Positions 54,158-64,000 of a DNA stretch of 64,000 nt are shown piece after piece. Each line of letters opens with the position of its first letter. The stretch's first letter is position 1. The stretch comes from the human T2T-CHM13v2.0 reference genome, Homo sapiens. Location of the stretch: assembly GCF_009914755.1 (NCBI RefSeq), contig NC_060946.1. One strand, given 5' to 3'. The position numbers were made by a program, and so were the translations under genes. The notes under the pieces are model-generated. The model worked only from the letters and a program-made list of their open reading frames with translations, did no database searches and was not told where the DNA came from.

Positions 54158-55087
54158 TTAGGTTCTCTTTTTTAAAAAAAGATAGCTGCTACCAGGTGAA
54201 CTGTGATGATATCTCCATTCAGTGCACATTTACTGAGCATCTATTATGTGAAATGCACCAAGGAAGGAAAGGGTTTGAGATTCCTGTCCTATGGCGTAGC
54301 TAAGTTTGATGAGGGGAATAAGTTGGCAAGTTTTGGTGTGTACAGATCCAACAGCCGGCCTCAGAGTGGTAGTAGAATCTTGGTATCTCCTAAGCCCACA
54401 TCAGACATCACTGATTACAGTATAATTTCCTGCTGAGTCCATAGTGGTGGCCAATCAATGGCTGCTGGACAAGAAAGCAAGGTGGTAACAACACTTAGGT
54501 ATGTTTCCTCAAGTTCTAGCTGGGACTTATTCTTTCCCCTGCTAGGTGGGACTTCATATACTCATACCAGCCAAGAAACACGTCAGCATGCAGCTACCAT
54601 GTAAAACAAAGTCTGGCCGAACCTGGGAAACGTTTCTAAGCTAACACATTTCCCAACAAATACACACCTAACAAATTTCTAAAACTGCTGGAGCATGAAC
54701 TACCCTTTGAGAACTACTGGTTAAGGCCAACACTGGCTAAGCACACAAGAGCTCATTTAATTCTTCCAATAGCCCCAGGGGTCAATTGATTGCATGTTTA
54801 GAGCACAGACTTTGGGTTCAAGCCCCAGTTCTACCACTAAACAACTGTGGGATCCCAGGAACACTAGTTAACAGTTCCATGCCTCAGTTTACCCATCTTT
54901 CAAAAAGAGAATGGTAACAATAACATGTACTTCAGAGTGTTGCTAAGAGGATCACATAAGCCAATCCACATAAAGAATTGAGGCAATAAACTTCAGATGT
55001 TTTTCTATGACCTTGGATTTCAAAGTCTCCTGTATACTGTTCTAACTTGTTTTTCTTCAAAGTAGCATATCTTCAAAATCATTTCGT

Positions 55088-55386
<299 letters not shown>

Positions 55387-56057
55387 TCATTTCATATCAG
55401 TACAAATGGAGATGCTTCTTTATTTATAATTGTATCTCATTATGTGGCTCGACCGTAATTTATTTAACCAGTTCCCTACAGATGGACAGTTAGGTTGTTT
55501 CTAAGCTTTAGCTATTAACAAACACTTCCGAGAATGAAACTAATCTTAACACTTACATAGTGTATAATTTCAATTGCCTGCCACTAATTTTGAATGGAAT
55601 GTCATGTATAAAAGCATTCATAAGAATTTTATGCACCATGGAGTTGGGTGCAAAAAAAAAAAAGACTTTTGACAGTATCTGCTTATATCTTCTGAATATG
55701 AAGATGATTTTGGCTGCAAATAACAGTGATGACTAAATCAATAAAGAAAATGCATGAGCTCATATCACTGAGCTAGGGCAATCACAGGGCCGAGTAAATC
55801 AGAGGCTCAATGTCAGACTCAAGGATCTAAATGTTTTGTGTCCTTCTGACTCTTGTTCTCAAGGATGGACTTTTGTTCTCATACTGTTCCTTCACGTTAT
55901 CAGTGAGCCACCCTGGTGCCCCGGGCCATACCCTCATGCCTATGAAAAAGAGTCTCTTTCTTGTGTCGCTTTTAAGAAGCATGGTGGATGTTCCAGAATC
56001 CTCCCGGCAGGTACATCTCAGGCCTCCCTGGTCAGAACTGCATCATCTTCCCTTTCC

Positions 56058-56362
<305 letters not shown>

Positions 56363-57351
56363 CTAAACACCTTTCCCAGTGGGAACAGAATGACCACAGC
56401 TGGCTGAAACGAACCAGGATTCACCTCATGGCACCAGAAAGGGGCCTATGTTTCCTTGAAGCACATGGCCACCAAACAGCTGAATAAACTCAGGATTTGG
56501 CAAGCATGAAAGAAGGCGGGCAACCAACAGTAGACAGCACACCTTCCGAAACCTTTATTTTCATGGACAGCCATATGTTGTTCTTGTAAAGAACTGGCTC
56601 ATAAGCTTGTGTGTTTTAAAGAACAATATTGCTAAGTGTGTTTACAATGACACACATGGGTAAATTTTAAAAATGCAATAGTAACTCTTAAAATCTGCTA
56701 CAAGACTTTAATGAGGTCTGGCAACCCCTTGACCTGGAATCAGAACACATAAGCTTGAGAACTCAGTCACTTCTGCGAGGTCGTGAGAATGTTTCTCTAG
56801 CTCTCCAAGCCTTGCGTTTCTCCCTGTGAAAATGGCAGCTTCGAGGAGAATTAGGGGTCATGCATAAAGGAAAAGAGAAGGGGCTTTGCAGTTAGACCTG
56901 GCTTAGGATCCCGGCTCCCTCAGCTGTGCGACTCTGGACACGTTTTGAGCTTCAGTTTCCTCATCGGTAAAAAGGGGATAAAAATGTGCAATTCATAGAG
57001 CCATTTAAAAATATATACTTTATAAAGGCATGATTTGCATAAAATAAAATGCACCCATTTGAAACGTAGTTTGATTTGCTTCGACATATGTAACACTAAT
57101 ATAATCATCATGCCAAATAAAAGATATACTTTCATCACCTTCACAGGTGACTTGTGTCCCTCTACTGTCAATCCCCTGCCCCTTATTCCCTTGGCCCTGG
57201 GCAACCACTGATGTTTCAGTGACTATGGATTAGTTTTGCCTGTTCTAGAATTTCATGTCAGTGGAATCATGAAATGTGTACTCTTTTGTCTCTAGTCTTT
57301 TTTTCCTCAACATAATGGCTTTGAGATTTGTCTGCATAGTTACGTGCTGCC

Positions 57352-58160
<809 letters not shown>

Positions 58161-59173
58161 TCTCTTAGTAGTTTGTTCCCTTTTATCCCCAAGAAGCATT
58201 CCCTTATGTGCATGTACCACATTTTGTTTATTGTTCACGAGTTGACAGGCATTTGGGTTGTCTCCAGATTGGGGCTATGATGAATAAAGTTGCTATGAAG
58301 ATTCTTATAAAAGTCATTTAGATAACATATTTCATTTTTCTTGGGGAAAGGTCTAGAGGAGAATGGTTGGCTCATACGGTGCCTATATATTTAACTTTAT
58401 AAGGAACTGCCAAACTATTTTCCAAAGAGGCTGCACCACGTCACATCCCCACCAGCAATGTAGGAAAGTTAGTTATTCCACAGCCTCAACGACAGTTTGT
58501 ACTGTCAGTCTTTTTAATTCAATACCTCATTATAGTTTTTATTTTCATTTCCCTGATGATTAATGATGTTTAATATCATTTCACATGCTTGTTGGCTATT
58601 TTTGGATATCTGCTTCTGTCGAGTGGCTATTTGAGTCTCAAGATATTACCATCCCTAGGGATGTTTTAGGAAAGCATATGTATGTAACATGACTGGCATT
58701 TAGTAGACACTAAATAAGATAGAACTATTATTCTAGATGTTATTATTTTTAAGGTCACTTAGAGATAAAGTTATATGATTCCATAAAGGGCCCACACAGT
58801 ATGCTTTAAGAATCTGTTCTAACTCATGTTCTCTTGGGGAAAAGTCTAGCAGGGGAATGATTGGATCATATAGTGCCTATATATGTAACTTTATAAGAAA
58901 CTGCCAAACTATTTTCCAAAGGGGCTGTACCACGTTACATCCCCAACAGCAATGTAGGAGGGTTACAGTTACTCTACAGCCTCGCTGACAGATTCGACTG
59001 TCAGTCTTTTTAATTTGACATCTCATTATAATTTGTATTTTCATTTTCCTGATGATCAGTGATGTTTAACAGAGGAGAAGGAGAAGGAAGAAAAAGGTTA
59101 AATAACAGAGGAGGTGAAGCAGGAATGCAAGACGCCCCCAGGATTTGAGATGGAAGACTTCATGGGCAGGAGG

Positions 59174-59397
59174 TACAGGTCATGCATCTCAAATCTGAAA
59201 ACCTGAAATCTGAAATGCTCCAAAATTCAAAACTTTTGGAGCACTGACATGACACTCAATGGAAATTGTCACTGGAGCATTCTGGATTTTTTTCATTAGG
59301 GTTGCTCAACTGCTAAGGATAATGCAAATATTCCAAAATCTGAAATCAAAAACCCTTCTGGTCTCAAGCATTTCAGATGAGGGATACTTGATCTCTA
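59174..59397. mobile_element. Tigger4/MER46-like TcMar DNA transposon
   Basis: ta|caggt...aaatctgaaatgctccaaaattcaaaactttt...caagcatttcagatgagggatact...|ta with TA flanks. Confidence 0.8.
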
Positions 59398-60556
59398 TTG
59401 CCCAGTTTAAGGGATGATGAGTTCTGCCTTAGCCACATTGAGGTTGAAGGGAAAGCTGGCCCTCTAATCGGTCTCATCACTGGGCCTCAAAGTAGGGTGA
59501 GTGCTGAGGAGCCCAACTTTGCCAGACATGGCATCCCAAAGGGTGCCAAACACCTCTATTTAAAGCAGCAGAGATCTCAAGCATTTTGTTACAATCTGAA
59601 GTCTATTAGTGCCTGTGTCAGCCCTGCAGTCACTGGGGTGGAGGCCGCAGGACAGAGCTAAACATGTGCAAAAGGAGTGTAGGGATCTTGGAATAACTCT
59701 CTATCAGGAAGGCTAAAATTAGCTCATCTCCCTCCTCACCACTCCTCTTGCCCCAACTATAATTACTCACCTTTGCCCCCAGCTCCATTCCTGGGTTCTA
59801 AACACTCTTGCTTCAGGGGGGCTTTGGAAGGGTTTGCTTTCTAAAGCTTCCGGAATGGGGTAAGGGTAGAATGAGCTTCTCAGGGCCCAAGTTTTCCTCC
59901 ACAAGGAAAAAAAAAAACAAAAAACCTTTTATAGGAATTTTTCTGTTAATAAATGTGACATGTGCTTATTTAAAGAAAATAAAATCAAATAGCACAGCAA
60001 GGTATAAAGAAGAGGATAAACGCAGTAGTCCCAGGATGTAAAGATAATGTTTACACGTCAATGTGTTCCCTCTCATATTTTCAGTATGTAAACAAATCAA
60101 CGCATATATTTGTAAATAAAATAGAATTATACATATATGCCATTCTGTAATCTTTTTAAAACTGACTGTATCCAGGGATCTTTGCATGCCAAAATATAAA
60201 CTTTTAGATCTTTTTATTGAGTATCTAGTATTTCACAGTTGTTGGGCATTTAGATTTTAAAAAATATATTACAAAGACTTCTGGGGAAAATGCCTTTATA
60301 TCTTTTTGGATTTTCCTAACTTTTTATCAAAAGTCATTAGTAGGGAATTTACTTACTGAATCAAAGGCTTTGAATGTATAAAGGTATGTTGTTCTCTCAG
60401 AATATTTGTATTAATTTCCATGTTTATCAATACTTTACTAGATGGCCAGTTTCACCTACTCTGAGCAACATTAAATTGATCTTTAATTTTTTTTTAATCC
60501 TAAAAAAAAATTTCGTGGTGTCCTCCATTTGTTCTTGGGTAATTATTGAGATTTAG

Positions 60557-61172
<616 letters not shown>

Positions 61173-61321
61173 GATTTAGCACCTTTTTAACCTGTTTTTT
61201 CACACGCCACTTCTTCTTTTGGGCAAGTTGCCTGTTTATATCTACTGCTTATTTTTAGATTAGAATATCCATCTTCATTGATTTATAATAACTATATATA
61301 TATAGAGAGAGAGAGCTTCCC

Positions 61322-61865
61322 TTGTGTCTCCTGGGATGGATGCTCATTTGGCTGGCACTGCACCTCCCTACTAGCGTGTCCTCTTGGACTGCAAAGGATG
61401 CAATGGTAAAAACTTCATTTCCTAGACCCCCTTGCAGCTGGGAGCCTAACAATACCAGATTCAGCCAACTGGAAGCACTTGCTGGACTCTGGGAGGCAGA
61501 ACTGAGACCACAATCACCTCCCACCTCTTTGGCTGTTCCCTGCATGCAGACAAGTTCCTGAAGACCTAACTGCATGGGATTGTGATTTCTGTCCAGGGCC
61601 CTGCTCCAGTTTCTTAGGTACCAACGAGGAGCTGAGGTGGCAGCAGCTTCCAGACTTTGCTTTCTGAATCCCAGCTATGGCAGAGGGCTCTTGAATTGAC
61701 ACGTTGGCCATCTGGGGGGGTCAATTTTGCAGGGCTCAGAAGCTTCCTGGAGGCCACTTCTCCAGTCCTTTTGATGACATTCTCGAAACCTAAAGCCACG
61801 TCTTAAGCACCTTTCTGCATAAAATCCCTACAACACTTTCTGTTGCTTGTGCTGAGCCCTGATGG
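61322..61865 (+). mobile_element. ERVL LTR (LTR33-like)
   Basis: actgcaaaggatgcaatggtaaaaacttcatttcctagacccccttgcagctggg motif; subfamily by eye. Confidence 0.55.
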
Positions 61866-62470
61866 ATTTTTCTGATACTTCCCATGGCTTCTGAATCCTG
61901 TCACTTCTTTGTACTTTCCCAGGTCTTCCCACATCCCACTCCAGCCACTGAGTGATTCCCTCTTCTCTGTAAGGAGGTCTGAAGAGCGCTCAGCATTCTC
62001 TGAGGATTTATAGAATTCTTCACATCCAGATTTCTTTGCAAATGATAATAGTGGAAACCAATGAGCTTGCCATCCGACTTCGGTTCATATCCTGGACCAG
62101 CCATTCCTGCTTAAGCAAGGTGCTTAAACTGTGCCTCAGTTTGCTTATCTGTAAAAATTACACCATAGCGATGGCAATGCCTAATATACGGACCTGTTTT
62201 CAGGGCCACGCACACCAAGGCAGGCAGCAGGTGCTCAATACATACTTCCGTATAACTCATTCAGCCCCCTTTTCCTGTTTTAATGTGACTCTAAGAAAGC
62301 TACTAAGCCCTCTGAGCCTCAGCTTCCTTCCTTAATACTAGGAACCTTAATACCTTCCTCACAGAACTGCTGTGAGGACCAGAGGAAATCAGACAATTGG
62401 AAGTAAATTCCAGGTCTATATAAAAGGTATTATTTGGAGACCAGGTATTGTTTCAAGATTCCTTTTTAGC

Positions 62471-62499
<29 letters not shown>
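62471..62499. repeat. (TAA)9-10 microsatellite
   Basis: Seen directly. Confidence 0.95.
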
Positions 62500-62503
<4 letters not shown>

Positions 62504-62505
62504 GC

Positions 62506-63030
<525 letters not shown>

Positions 63031-64000
63031 GTAGTAAAAACCAGACACTGGTACCAGCATGGGAGAGAGAGATGTATTTCTGATCCTTGAAAGTATAGTA
63101 TTGGAGAGATCTATTTTAAAGAGGTGATCTAGGAATTCATTTCTGCTAGGTGGACATATAAACTGGATACCACAGCCACCCACAGCCCCAGAATCACCTC
63201 CCACCCATCTCCCATCTCCAGTCTTCTGCTGTAGGTCTTAGCAAGGGAGAGGATGAAGAGTTCTTTGTCCCTGGGTTATCAGGGAGGCTGCATGAATGCC
63301 AGTTTGCTGAAGCCTGGAGATTATCTGGGGGAAGCTACCTATTTCTGGGGTAGGCTAGGTGAATGAGTGAATTGTAAAAACCTAGAGAAGTGAATTTAAG
63401 GGAAAAAGAGAGGAGAAGCTTAGAGAATATGAGAATCAGGACCATAAAGAGAAGCTTGGGAGAAGAAGAAACCAGGAAATGCCCAAGAATTCTGATAGTC
63501 TGGAATCTATTTCTGGACCCTATAAAATTAAAAAGATGGGCCCTGCTTCCTCTGGAGGCAACATGGTAGAATAGAAAGAATCTGAATCAGGGTCAGCTTG
63601 CCTGGGTTCTAGTCTCGCTCTCACTTTTATGACCAGGGGCCCAACACTCTGACCCTTCTTCATCTGCACTTCCTCCATTTGCGTATGAGAATAATCAATG
63701 TTTGCTCTGCCCCCCTCCCAGGACTTATCCATTCACTCCATTCCTCAACTATACATTGGGATTAATTGGATACCTGGCACTGCCGTAGGCACTGGGCTGT
63801 GGAGATGCATGAGACACATTCTTTGCTGTCACGGAGCTCATGGAGCCCTGGAAGAGACTCACATAGACAGAGACATTGCCAACATGGTAAGGAAAATGGT
63901 GAGGACACCACAGGAACAGAGAAAGGAGCCTTTGTCAGTTGACACAGTAACAGGGGCCCAGGATATTGTCTCCTGCAGGAGTCAACCCTTCAGTAGAGTC

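Overview
This is human genomic DNA from the SYN3/TIMP3 nested locus (chr22q12.3, assigned from recalled knowledge of these genes). The + strand carries most of TIMP3 intron 1, coding exons 2-5 (19929-20011, 27726-27837, 28494-28615, 29657-29854) and a ~3.66 kb 3'UTR rich in miRNA seed sites, ending near 33517. TIMP3 exon 1 lies upstream of the window. The - strand carries two internal synapsin III C-domain exons (39442-39601 and 35391-35480), so TIMP3 sits antisense inside the SYN3 intron that follows the 35391 donor. The rest is intronic: 16 Alus, L1/L2/MIR fragments, MaLR/ERVL LTRs, DNA-transposon relics and microsatellites. Almost all ORFs in the supplied track are non-coding noise. I cannot support a wholly new biological system; the nested synapsin-TIMP arrangement is well known. 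The best less-obvious leads are: a ~72-bp inverted repeat at 13012-13326 in doubly transcribed intron; a candidate SYN3 intronic poly(A) site facing the TIMP3 3' end; a NAGNAG acceptor and +4 tandem donors; circRNA-prone geometry around the two SYN3 exons; an Alu-free 22-kb zone; two Alus inserted successively at one target site; and synonymous alleles suggesting a non-reference haplotype. Repeat subfamily names and boundaries are by-eye estimates.
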